A DNA stretch of 64,000 nt from assembly GCA_040954595.2 (NCBI GenBank), contig CM082586.2, positions 9,827,337-9,891,336 on the forward strand, given 5' to 3'. Source of the stretch: Balanoglossus misakiensis. Taxonomy: Eukaryota; Animalia; Hemichordata. This document shows positions 24,348 through 37,700 of the stretch, one piece after another. Position 1 is the stretch's first letter; every line of letters begins with the position of its first letter. A program made the position numbers and the translations under genes. The notes under the pieces were generated by a model. It saw only the letters and a program-made list of their open reading frames with translations. It was not told the DNA's origin and searched no databases.

Positions 24348-24898
24348 GTAAGTGGCTTTACATGCCCACTCACCAATAGCCCAAACGGCCAAAAAGGTGA
24401 CACTGTACTTATATTTTGTAGTGTTGACGACATTCGGGATGCCAATCACGAAACTAGTGTTCCTGCAATAAACCGACACACATAATAGGATTTGAAGAGT
24501 ATGAAAGAGTTTGAGGGAGAGTTTTTGGACCGTGGCTATACCTGCGGCCAAGTTAAATTAATTATCTCTTTTGAGACCAACCAATTCACTTTTGAATATC
24601 ATACCACTTTAAAGCAATATTTTATTAAAACGTCCAGCATTTCGAGAATTTGGGATCAGGTTGTTCATATCTAAAGTCGTAATTAGATATTTCGATAAAT
24701 TATCTACCAATAGTTAACTTTTTGACCGGAAAGTTAGGGACCTAACCATGAACTATTGCTACATGCACGATGACACATTTATTTTATATTTAAACAAACT
24801 GTAGTGTAATAGCTGTCAGTAACAACGACGAAGCGAAATAAAGCTCCGAAAATAAATAATTGTAAATTGTAGGGGTGCCATGTATCCTGCGCAACAGG

Positions 24899-25035
24899 CC
24901 CGGGGGGGGGGGGGGGTACTCCCATAGGAAGGTGTACGGGTACGTGCCACCCAGAAGGGTCCCTTTTCAACGAAAAAAAAACAAACTTGGGATGACTTTT
25001 CAACCGAAAATCTACAAAGTGGGATTCTTTCATAA
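24899..25035 (+). mobile_element. Single end of a CCCGGG(G)nTACTC-type non-autonomous DNA element (truncated)
   Basis: cccgggggggggggggggtactcccatagg resembles termini of common invertebrate MITEs. No matching opposite end (gagtacccc...ggg) was found in the window. Confidence 0.4.
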
Positions 25036-25082
25036 ACCGTCATCATGTAGTTACCGTTATGAAACTGACTCTAAAGAAACGT

Positions 25083-25256
25083 CATTCTCACTGGACAGAC
25101 CTCGCTATCCGTCGACGTCGAGGCCAGGCACACGAAGGGCGCCACAAGCGGTGACGTTGTCTCCGATGCTCGATTCTTGTGGCTTCACCGCTCGTGGCGC
25201 ACTTCGTGTGGCTATTTCGTCGAATGACAGAAAGAGAGGTCTGGCTGGCGAGACTA
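25083..25256. mobile_element. Decayed 174-bp MITE
   Basis: Right end agagaggtctggctggcgagacta versus left end cattctcactggacagacctcgct: 17/24 inverted match. The 9-bp flanks aagaaacgt / caaaaaagt match at 6/9. Confidence 0.5.
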
Positions 25257-25762
25257 CAAAAAAGTTGTCTGGCTGAAGTCCACCATAATCATTTGAATGT
25301 CAATAGTGGTTCTGCATATTTCTTACCTTTCATTCATAATTGGCGTTCTTTGATTGGCTAATTCCAATGCTCTTTTAAGGGGTAATGAAACTGCTGTCTA
25401 GGCTTTTATAACATTTAGATCATTGTCAGTTAGAGGTATTGTACGGAGGATATTTTCAAATGAAAGCAACAGACGCGCGTATCCTAAATCTCAAGTAAAA
25501 GATTCCATGTGATGTTAATGTACCCTCAAAGGACACTGCCCTATCACCACATCATGCATTCATGTCCATGTCGTGGGGGACTGGGATGTGTCCTACTTTT
25601 AATTTATCCCCCCCCCAAAAAAAAATAAAAAACCTTTCGGCAAATCATGTTGTGCCATCTCACAAATGAATGTTTCAGAATGTGTGTTACAGTGCATGCT
25701 TAATGAAACATTGCGTGTTCCATTTTACGCTTATAGTCAGGAATTTTCAGTGACACCTTTGA

Positions 25763-28700
25763 CAGGCTTTGTTTGGAAGCAACCATGGACATTTTAGAAC
25801 TATTCGTCGATCTACGGAGTCTAGTGGAAAACTTTCTTATGCGCATAGGCATATGTATGTGTTCTACGCATCACAACAGAATTCGGTAAATAAACGAGGC
25901 TGTTTGGAAACAACCATGGAAATTTTTGAACTATCCGTTGATCTAAAGTTGAAAAGTTTTTTATGCGCATAGGCCTATCTATGTGTTCTGCGCCTCACAA
26001 CAGAAATCGGTAAATAAACGAGGCTGTTTGGAAGCAACCATGGAAATTTTACAACTATCTCTCGATCTACAGAGTCTATAGTGGAAAACTTTCTTATTCA
26101 CATATGCCTATCTATGTGTTCTGCGCCTCAAAACAGAATTCCGCAAATAAACGAGGCTGTTTGGAAGCAAACATGGAAGTTTTAGAACTATCTCTCGATC
26201 TACAGTGTATAGTGGAAAACGTTCATATGCGCATAGGCCTATCTATGTGTTCTGCGCATCACAACAGAATTTTGTAAATAATCGAGGATGTGTTTGGAAG
26301 CAATCATGGAAATTTTAGAACTATCCGTCGATCTACAGAGTCTAGTGGAAATTTTCTTATGCGCATAGGCATATGTATGTGTTCAGCGCATAACAACAGA
26401 ATTTTGTAAATGAACGAGGCTGTGTTTGGAAACAACCATGGAAATTTTACAACTATCCGTCGATCTACGGAGTCTGGTGGAAAACTTTCTTATGCGCATA
26501 GGCCTATTACGTGCTCTGCGCCTCACAACAGAATTCGGTAAATAAACGAGGCTGTTTGGAAGCAACCATGGAAATTTTAGAACTATCCGTCGATCTACAG
26601 AGTCTAGTGGAAAAATGTCTTATGCGCATAGGCCTATCATGTGTTCTGCGCCTCACAACAGAAATCGGTAAATAAAAGAGGCTGTTTGGAAGCAACCATG
26701 GAAATTGTACAACTATCCGTCGATCTACAGAGTCTAGTGGAAAACTTCCTTATGCGCATAGACCTATTACGTGTTCTGCGCCTCACAACAGAATTCGGTA
26801 AATAAACGATGCTGTTTGGAAGCAACCATGGAAATTTTACAACTATCCGTCGATCTACAGAGTCTGGTGGAAAAATTTCTTATGCGCATAGTCCTATCAT
26901 GTGTTCTGCGCATCACAACAGAATTCGGTAAATAAACGAGGCTGTTTGGAAGCAACCATTGAAATTTTAGAACTATCCGTCGATCTACAGAGTCTAGTGG
27001 AAAACGTTCTTATGCGCATAGGCCTATCTATGTGTTATGCGCATCCGGCAGAAATCGGTAAATAAACGAGGCTGTGTTTGGAAGCAACCATGGACATTTT
27101 AGAACTATCTCTCGATCTACAGAGTCTATAGTGGAAAACTTTCTTATGCACATATGCCTATCTATGTGTTCTGCGCCTCACAACAGAAATCGGTAAATAA
27201 ACGAGGCTGTTTAAAAGCAACCATGGAAATTTTACAGCTATCCGTCGATCTACAGAGTCTAGTGGAAACGTTCTTATGCGCATAGGCCTATATATGTGTT
27301 CTGCGCATCACAACAGAATTTTGTAAACAAACGAGGCTGTTTTTGGAAGCAACCATGGACATTTTAGAACTATCTCTCGATCTACAGAGTCTATAGTGGA
27401 AAACTTTCTTATGCACATATGCCTATCTATGTGTTCTGCGCCTCACAACAGAATTCGGTAAATAAACGAGGCTGTTTGAAAGCAACCATGGAAATTTTAC
27501 AACTATCCGTCGATCTACAGAGTCTAGTGGAAAACGTTATTATGCGCATAGGCCTATATATGTGTTCTGCGCATCACAACAGAATTGTGTAAACAAACGA
27601 GGCTGTGTTTGGAAGCAACCATGGAAATTTTAGAACTATCTCTCGATCTACAGAGTCTAGTGGAAAACTTTATTATGCACATATGCCTATCTATGTGTTC
27701 TGCGCATCACAACAGAAATCGGTAAATAAACGAGGCTGTTTGGAAGCAACCATGGAAATTTTACAACTATCCGTCGATCTACAGAGTCTGGTGGAAAATT
27801 TTCTTATGCGCATAGGCCTATTACGTGCTCTGCGCCTCACAACAGAATTCGGTAAATAAACGAGGCTGTTTGGAAGCAACCATGGAAATTTTAGAACTAT
27901 CCGTCGATCTACAGAGTCTAGTGGAAAAATGTCTTATGCGCATAGGCCTATCATGTGTTCTGCGCCTCACAACAGAAATCGGTAAATAAACGAGGCTGTT
28001 TGGAAGTAACCATGGAAATTGTACAACTATCCGTCGATCTACAGAGTCTAGTGGAAAACGTTCTTATGCGCATAGGCCTATCTATGTGTTATGCGCATCA
28101 CAACAGAAATCGGTAAATAAACGAGGCTGTATTTGGAAGCAACCATGAAATTTTACAACTATCCGTCGATCTACAGAGTCTAGTGGAAAAATGTCTCATG
28201 CGCATAGGCCTATCATGTGTTCTGCGCCTCACAACAGAAATCGGTAAATAAACGAGGCTGTTTGGAAGCAACCATAGAAATTTTACAGCTATCCGTCGAT
28301 CTACAGAGTCTAGTGGAAACGTTCTTATGCGCATAGGCCTATATATGTGTTCTGCGCATCACAACAGAATGTTGTAAACAAACGAGGCTGTGTTTGGTAG
28401 CAACCATGGACATTTTAGAACTATCTCTCGATCTACAGAGTCTATAGTGGAAAACTTTCTTATGCACATATGCCTATCTATGTGTTCTGCGCCTCACAAC
28501 AGAATTCGGTAAATAAACGAGGCTGTTTGGAAGCAACCATGGAAATTTTACAACTATCCGTCGATCTACAGAGTCTAGTGGAAAACGTTATTATGCGCAT
28601 AGGCCTATATATGTGTTCTGCGCATCACAACAGAATTTTGTAAACAAACGAGGCTGTGTTTGGAAGCAACCATGGACATTTTAGAACTATCTCTCGATCT

Positions 28701-31700
28701 AAAGAGTCTATAGTGGAAAACTTTCTTATGCACATAGGCCTATCTATGTGTTCTGTGCCTCACAACAGAATTCGGTAAATAAACGAGGCTGTTTGGAAGC
28801 AACCATGGAAATTTTAGAACTATCCGTCGATCTACAGAGTCTAGTGGAAAACGTTCTTATGCGCATAGGCCTATATATGTGTTCTGCGCATCACAACAGA
28901 ATTTTGTAAACAAACGAGGCTGTGTTTGAAAGCAACCATGGAAATTTTAGAACTATCTCTCGATGTACAGAGTCTATAGTGGAAAACTTTCTTATGCACA
29001 TATGCCTATCTATGTGTTCTGCGCCTCAAAACAGAATTCCGTAAATAAACGAGGCTGTTTGGAAGCAAACATGGAAATTTTAGAACTAACTCTCGATCTA
29101 CAGAGTATAGTGGAAAACGTTCATATGCGCATAGGCCTATCTATGTGTTCTGCGCATCACAACAGAATTTTGTAAACAAACCAGGCTTTGTTTGGAAGCA
29201 ACCATGGACATTTTAGAACTATTCGTCGATCTACGGAGTCTAGTGGAAAACTTTCTTATGCGCATAGGCATATGTATGTGTTCTACGCATCACAACAGAA
29301 TTCGGTAAATAAACGAGGCTGTTTGGAAACAACCATGGAAATTTTTGAACTATCCGTTGATCTAAAGTTGAAAAGTTTTTTATGCGCATAGGCCTATCTA
29401 TGTGTTCTGCGCCTCACAACAGAAATCGGTAAATAAACGAGGCTGTTTGGAAGCAACCATGGAAATTTTACAACTATCTCTCGATCTACAGAGTCTATAG
29501 TGGAAAACTTTCTTATTCACATATGCCTATCTATGTGTTCTGCGCCTCAAAACAGAATTCCGCAAATAAACGAGGCTGTTTGGAAGCAAACATGGAAGTT
29601 TTAGAACTATCTCTCGATCTACAGTGTATAGTGGAAAACGTTCATATGCGCATAGGCCTATCTATGTGTTCTGCGCATCACAACAGAATTTTGTAATCAA
29701 TCGAGGATGTGTTTGGAAGCAATCATGGAAATTTTAGAACTATCCGTCGATCTACAGAGTCTAGTGGGAAACTTTCTTATGCGCATAGGCATATGTATGT
29801 GTTCAGCGCATCACAACAAAATTTTGTAAATGAACGAGGCTGTGTTTGGAAACAACCATGGAAATTTTAGAACTATCTCTCGATCTAAAGTTGAAAAGTT
29901 TCTTATGCGCATAGGCCTATTACGTGTTCTGCGCCTCACAACAGAATTCGGTAAATAAACGAGGCTGTTTGGAAGCAACAATGGAAATTTTAGAACTATC
30001 CGTCGATCTACGGAGTATAGTGGAAAACGTTCATATGCGCATAGGCCTATATATGTGTTCTGCGCATCACAACAGAATTTTGTAAACAATCGAGGATGTG
30101 TTTGGAAGCAATCATGGAAATTTTAGAACTATCCGTCGATCTACAGAGTCTAGTGGGAAACTTTCTTATGCGCATAGGCATATGTATGTGTTCAGCGCAT
30201 AACAACAGAATTTTGTAAATGAACGAGGCTGTGTTTGGAAACAACCATGGAAATTTTACAACTATCCGTCGATCTACGGAGTCTGGTGGAAAACTTTCTT
30301 ATGCGCATAGGCCTATTACGTGCTCTGCGCCTCACAACAGAATTCGGTAAATAAACGAGGCTGTTTGGAAGCAACCATGGAAATTTTAGAACTATCCGTC
30401 GATCTACAGAGTCTAGTGGAAAAATGTCTTATGCGCATAGGCCTATCATGTGTTCTGCGCCTCACAACAGAAATCGGTAAATAAAAGAGGCTGTTTGGAA
30501 GCAACCATGGAAATTGTACAACTATCCGTCGATCTACAGAGTCTAGTGGAAAACTTCCTTATGCGCATAGACCTATTACGTGTTCTGCGCCCCACAACAG
30601 AATTCGGTAAATAAACGATGCTGTTTGGAAGCAACCATGGAAATTTTACAACTATCCGTCGATCTACAGAGTCTGGTGGAAAAATTTCTTATGCGCATAG
30701 TCCTATCATGTGTTCTGCGCATCACAACAGAATTCGGTAAATAAACGAGGCTGTTTGGAAGCAACCATTGAAATTTTAGAACTATCCGTCGATCTACAGA
30801 GTCTAGTGGAAAACGTTCTTATGCGCATAGGCCTATCTATGTGTTATGCGCATCACAACAGAAATCGGTAAATAAACGAGGCTGTGTTTGGAAGCAACCA
30901 TGGACATTTTAGAACTATCTCTCGATCTACAGAGTCTATAGTGGAAAACTTTCTTATGCACATATGCCTATCTATGTGTTCTGCGCCTCACAACAGAAAT
31001 CGGTAAATAAACGAGGCTGTTTAAAAGCAACCATGGAAATTTTACAGCTATCCGTCGATCTACAGAGTCTAGTGGAAACGTTCTTATGCGCATAGGCCTA
31101 TATATGTGTTCTGCGCATCACAACAGAATTTTGTAAACAAACGAGGCTGTGTTTGGAAGCAACCATGGACATTTTAGAACTATCTCTCGATCTACAGAGT
31201 CTATAGTGGAAAACTTTCTTATGCACATATGCCTATCTATGTGTTCTGCGCCTCACAACAGAATTCGGTAAATAAACGAGGCTGTTTGAAAGCAACCATG
31301 GAAATTTTACAACTATCCGTTGATCTACAGAGTCTAGTGGAAAACGTTATTATGCGCATAGGCCTATATATGTGTTCTGCGCATCACAACAGAATTGTGT
31401 AAACAAACGAGGCTGTGTTTGGAAGCAACCATGGAAATTTTAGAACTATCTCTCGATCTACAGAGTCTAGTGGAAAACTTTATTATGCACATATGCCTAT
31501 CTATGTGTTCTGCGCATCACAACAGAAATCGGTAAATAAACGAGGCTGTTTGGAAGCAACCATGGAAATTTTACAACTATCCGTCGATCTACAGAGTCTG
31601 GTGGAAAACTTTCTTATGCGCATAGGCCTATTACGTGCTCTGCGCCTCACAACAGAATTCGGTAAATAAACGAGGCTGTTTGGAAGCAACCATGGAAATT

Positions 31701-34700
31701 TTAGAACTATCCGTCGATCTACAGAGTCTAGTGGAAAAATGTCTTATGCGCATAGGCCTATCATGTGTTCTGCGCCTCACAACAGAAATCGGTAAATAAA
31801 CGAGGCTGTTTGGAAGTAACCATGGAAATTGTACAACTATCCGTCGATCTACAGAGTCTAGTGGAAAACGTTCTTATGCGCATAGGCCTATCTATGTGTT
31901 ATGCGCATCACAACAGAAATCGGTAAATAAACGAGGCTGTATTTGGAAGCAACCATGAAATTTTACAACTATCCGTCGATCTACAGAGTCTAGTGGAAAA
32001 ATGTCTCATGCGCATAGGCCTATCATGTGTTCTGCGCCTCACAACAGAAATCGGTAAATAAACGAGGCTGTTTGGAAGCAACCATAGAAATTTTACAGCT
32101 ATCCGTCGATCTACAGAGTCTAGTGGAAACGTTCTTATGCGCATAGGCCTATATATGTGTTCTGCGCATCACAACAGAATGTTGTAAACAAACGAGGCTG
32201 TGTTTGGTAGCAACCATGGACATTTTAGAACTATCTCTCGATCTACAGAGTCTATAGTGGAAAACTTTCTTATGCACATATGCCTATCTATGTGTTCTGC
32301 GCCTCACAACAGAATTCGGTAAATAAACGAGGCTGTTTGGAAGCAACCATGGAAATTTTACAACTATCCGTCGATCTACAGAGTCTAGTGGAAAACGTTA
32401 TTATGCGCATAGGCCTATATATGTGTTCTGCGCATCACAACAGAATTTTGTAAACAAACGAGGCTGTGTTTGGAAGCAACCATGGACATTTTAGAACTAT
32501 CTCTCGATCTACAGAGTCTATAGTTGGAAACTTTCTTATGCACATAGGCCTATCTATGTGTTCTGTGCCTCACAACAGAATTCGGTAAATAAACGAGGCT
32601 GTTTGGAAGCAACCATGGAAATTTTAGAACTATCCGTCGATCTACAGAGTCTAGTGGAAAACGTTCTTATGCGCATAGGCCTATATATGTGTTCTGCGCA
32701 TCACAACAGAATTTTGTAAACAAACGAGGCTGTGTTTGAAAGCAACCATGGAAATTTTAGAACTATCTCTCGATGTACAGAGTCTATAGTGGAAAACTTT
32801 CTTATGCACATATGCCTATCTATGTGTTCTGCGCCTCAAAACAGAATTCCGTAAATAAACGAGGCTGTTTGGAAGCAAACATGGAAATTTTAGAACTAAC
32901 TCTCGATCTACAGAGTATAGTGGAAAACGTTCATATGCGCATAGGCCTATCTATGTGTTCTGCGCATCACAACAGAATTTTGTAAACAAACCAGGCTTTG
33001 TTTGGAAGCAACCATGGACATTTTAGAACTATTCGTCGATCTACGGAGTCTAGTGGAAAACTTTCTTATGCGCATAGGCATATGTATGTGTTCTACGCAT
33101 CACAACAGAATTCGGTAAATAAACGAGGCTGTTTGGAAACAACCATGGAAATTTTTGAACTATCCGTTGATCTAAAGTTGAAAAGTTTTTTATGCGCATA
33201 GGCCTATCTATGTGTTCTGCGCCTCACAACAGAAATCGGTAAATAAACGAGGCTGTTTGGAAGCAACCATGGAAATTTTACAACTATCTCTCGATCTACA
33301 GAGTCTATAGTGGAAAACTTTCTTATTCACATATGCCTATCTATGTGTTCTGCGCCTCAAAACAGAATTCCGCAAATAAACGAGGCTGTTTGGAAGCAAA
33401 CATGGAAGTTTTAGAACTATCTCTCGATCTACAGTGTATAGTGGAAAACGTTCATATGCGCATAGGCCTATCTATGTGTTCTGCGCATCACAACAGAATT
33501 TTGTAATCAATCGAGGATGTGTTTGGAAGCAATCATGGAAATTTTAGAACTATCCGTCGATCTACAGAGTCTAGTGGGAAACTTTCTTATGCGCATAGGC
33601 ATATGAATGTGTTCAGCGCATCACAACAGAATTTTGTAAATGAACGAGGCTGTGTTTGGAAACAACCATGGAAATTTTAGAACTATCTCTCGATCTAAAG
33701 TTGAAAAGTTTCTTATGCGCATAGGCCTATTACGTGTTCTGCGCCTCACAACAGAATTCGGTAAATAAACGAGGCTGTTTGGAAGCAACAATGGAAATTT
33801 TAGAACTATCCGTCGATCTACGGAGTATAGTGGAAAACGTTCATATGCGCATAGGCCTATATATGTGTTCTGCGCATCACAACAGAATTTTGTAAACAAT
33901 CGAGGATGTGTTTGGAAGCAATCATGGAAATTTTAGAACTATCCGTCGATCTACAGAGTCTAGTGGGAAACTTTCTTATGCGCATAGGCATATGTATGTG
34001 TTCAGCGCATCACAACAGAATTTTGTAAATGAACGAGGCTGTGTTTGGAAACAACCATGGAAATTTTACAACTATCCGTCGATCTACGGAGTCTGGTGGA
34101 AAACTTTCTTATGCGCATAGGCCTATTACGTGCTCTGCGCCTCACAACAGAATTCGGTAAATAAACGAGGCTGTTTGGAAGCAACCATGGACATTTTAGA
34201 ACTATCCGTCGATCTACAGAGTCTAGTGGAAAAATGTCTTATGCGCATAGGCCTGTCATGTGTTCTGCGCCTCACAACAGAAATCGGTAAATAAACGAGG
34301 CTGTTTGGAAGCAACCATGGAAATTGTACAACTATCCGTCGATCTACAGAGTCTAGTGGAAAACGTTCTTATGCGCATAGGCCTATCTATGTGTTATGCG
34401 CATCACAACAGAAATCGGTAAATAAACGAGGCTGTATTTTGAAGCAACCATGAAATTTAACAACTATCCGTCGATCTACAGAGTCTGGTGGAAAACTTCC
34501 TTATGCGCATAGACCTATTACGTGTTCTGCGCCTCACAACAGAATTCCGTAAATAAACGATGCTGTTTGGAAGCAACCATGGAAATTGTACAACTATCCG
34601 TCGATCTACAGAGTCTAGTGGAAAACGTTCTTATGCGCATAGGCCTATCTATGTGTTATGCGCATCTCAACAGAAATCGGTAAATAAACGAGGCTGTGTT

Positions 34701-37700
34701 TGGAAGCAACCATGGACATTTTAGAACTATCTACAGAGTCTATAGTGGAAAACTTTCTTATGCACATATGCCTATCTATGTGTTCTGCGCCTCACAACAG
34801 AAATCGGTAAATAAACGAGGCTGTTTAAAAGCAACCATGGAAATTTTACAGCTATCCGTCGATCTACAGAGTCTAGTGGAAACGTTCTTATGCGCATAGG
34901 CCTATATATGTGTTCTGCGCATCACAACAGAATTTTGTAAACAAACGAGGCTGTGTTTGGAAGCAACCATGGACATTTTAGAACTATCTCTCGATCTACA
35001 GAGTCTATAGTGGAAAACTTTCTTATGCACATATGCCTATCTATGTGTTCTGCGCCTCACAACAGAATTCGGTAAATAAACGAGGCTGTTTGGAAGCAAC
35101 CATGGAAATTTTACAACTATCCGTCGATCTACAGAGTCTAGTGGAAAACGTTATTATGCGCATAGGCCTATATATGTGTTCTGCGCATCACAACAGAATT
35201 TTGTAAACAAACGAGGCTGTGTTTGGAAGCAACCATGGAAATTTTAGAACTATCTCTCGATCTACAGAGTCTAGTGGAAAACTTTATTATGCACATATGC
35301 CTATCTATGTGTTCTGCGCATCACAACAGAAATCGGTAAATAAACGAGGCTGTTTGGAAGCAACCATGGAAATTTTACAACTATCCGTCGATCTACAGAG
35401 TCTGGTGGAAAACTTTCTTATGCGCATAGGCATATGTATGTGTTCTACGCATCACAACAGAATTCGGTAAATAAACGAGGCTGTTTGGAAACAACCATGG
35501 AAATTTTTGAACTATCCGTTGATCTAAAGTTGAAAAGTTTTTTATGCGCATAGGCCTATCTATGTGTTCTGCGCCTCACAACAGAAATCGGTAAATAAAC
35601 GAGGCTGTTTGGAAGCAACCATGGAAATTTTACAACTATCTCTCGATCTACAGAGTCTATAGTGGAAAACTTTCTTATTCACATATGCCTATCTATGTGT
35701 TCTGCGCCTCAAAACAGAATTCCGCAGATAAACGAGGCTGTTTGGAAGCAAACATGGAAGTTTTAGAACTATCTCTCGATCTACAGTGTATAGTGGAAAA
35801 CGTTCATATGCGCATAGGCCTATCTATGTGTTCTGCGCATCACAACAGAATTTTGTAAACAATCGAGGATGTGTTTGGAAGCAATCATGGAAATTTTAGA
35901 ACTATCCGTCGATCTACAGAGTCTAGTGGAAACTTTCTTATGCGCATAGGCATATGTATGTGTTCAGCGCATCACAACAGAATTTTGTAAATGAACGAGG
36001 CTGTGTTTGGAAACAACCATGGAAATTTTACAACTATCCGTCGATCTACGGAGTCTGGTGGAAAACTTTCTTATGCGCATAGGCCTATTACGTGCTCTGC
36101 GCCTCACAACAGAATTCGGTAAATAAACGAGGCTGTTTGGAAGCAACCATGGAAATTTTAGAACTATCCGTCGATCTACAGAGTCTAGTGGAAAAATGTC
36201 TTATGCGCATAGGCCTATCATGTGTTCTGCGCCTCACAACAGAAATCGGTAAATAAACGAGGCTGTTTGGAAGCAACCATGGAAATTGTACAACTATCCG
36301 TCGATGTACAGAGTCTAGTGGAAAACGTTCTTATGCGCATAGGCCTATCTATGTGTTATGCGCATCACAACAGAAATCGGTAAATAAACGAGGCTGTATT
36401 TGGAAGCAACCATGAAATTTTACAACTATCCGTCGATCTACAGAGTCTGGTGGAAAACTTCCTTATGCGCATAGACCTATTACGTGTTCTGCGCCTCACA
36501 ACAGAATTCGGTAAATAAACGATGCTGTTTGGAAGCAACCATGGAAATTGTACAACTATCCGTCGATCTACAGAGTCTAGTGGAAAACGTTCTTATGCGC
36601 ATAGGCCTATTACGTGCTCTGCGCCTCACAACAGAATTCGGTAAATAAACGAGGCTGTTTGGAAGCAACCATGGACATTTTAGAACTATCCGTCGATCTA
36701 CAGAGTCTAGTGGAAAAATGTCTTATGCGCATAGGCCTGTCATGTGTTCTGCGCCTCACAACAGAAATCGGTAAATAAACGAGGCTGTTTGGAAGCAACC
36801 ATGGAAATTGTACAACTATCCGTCGATCTACAGAGTCTAGTGGAAAACGTTCTTATGCGCATAGGCCTATCTATGTGTTATGCGCATCACAACAGAAATC
36901 GGTAAATAAACGAGGCTGTATTTTGAAGCAACCATGAAATTTAACAACTATCCGTCGATCTACAGAGTCTGGTGGAAAACTTCCTTATGCGCATAGACCT
37001 ATTACGTGTTCTGCGCCTCACAACAGAATTCCGTAAATAAACGATGCTGTTTGGAAGCAACCATGGAAATTGTACAACTATCCGTCGATCTACAGAGTCT
37101 AGTGGAAAACGTTCTTATGCGCATAGGCCTATCTATGTGTTATGCGCATCTCAACAGAAATCGGTAAATAAACGAGGCTGTGTTTGGAAGCAACCATGGA
37201 CATTTTAGAACTATCTACAGAGTCTATAGTGGAAAACTTTCTTATGCACATATGCCTATCTATGTGTTCTGCGCCTCACAACAGAAATCGGTAAATAAAC
37301 GAGGCTGTTTAAAAGCAACCATGGAAATTTTACAGCTATCCGTCGATCTACAGAGTCTAGTGGAAACGTTCTTATGCGCATAGGCCTATATATGTGTTCT
37401 GCGCATCACAACAGAATTTTGTAAACAAACGAGGCTGTGTTTGGAAGCAACCATGGACATTTTAGAACTATCTCTCGATCTACAGAGTCTATAGTGGAAA
37501 ACTTTCTTATGCACATATGCCTATCTATGTGTTCTGCGCCTCACAACAGAATTCGGTAAATAAACGAGGCTGTTTGGAAGCAACCATGGAAATTTTACAA
37601 CTATCCGTCGATCTACAGAGTCTAGTGGAAAACGTTATTATGCGCATAGGCCTATATATGTGTTCTGCGCATCACAACAGAATTTTGTAAACAAACGAGG

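Noticed and set aside
24348-24485. Read-through of exon 3 (ORF 24264-24485, including KGDTVLIFCS) as a further ankyrin repeat
   Set aside because: A perfect gtaagt donor lies at the repeat boundary. The downstream peptide lacks the rest of the ankyrin pattern and the spacing is wrong.
26533-26552. CENP-B box in the monomer (ttcggtaaataaacgagg)
   Set aside because: The canonical box needs TTCG-N4-A-N2-CGGG. Here the second CG is two bases too far and reads CGAG.
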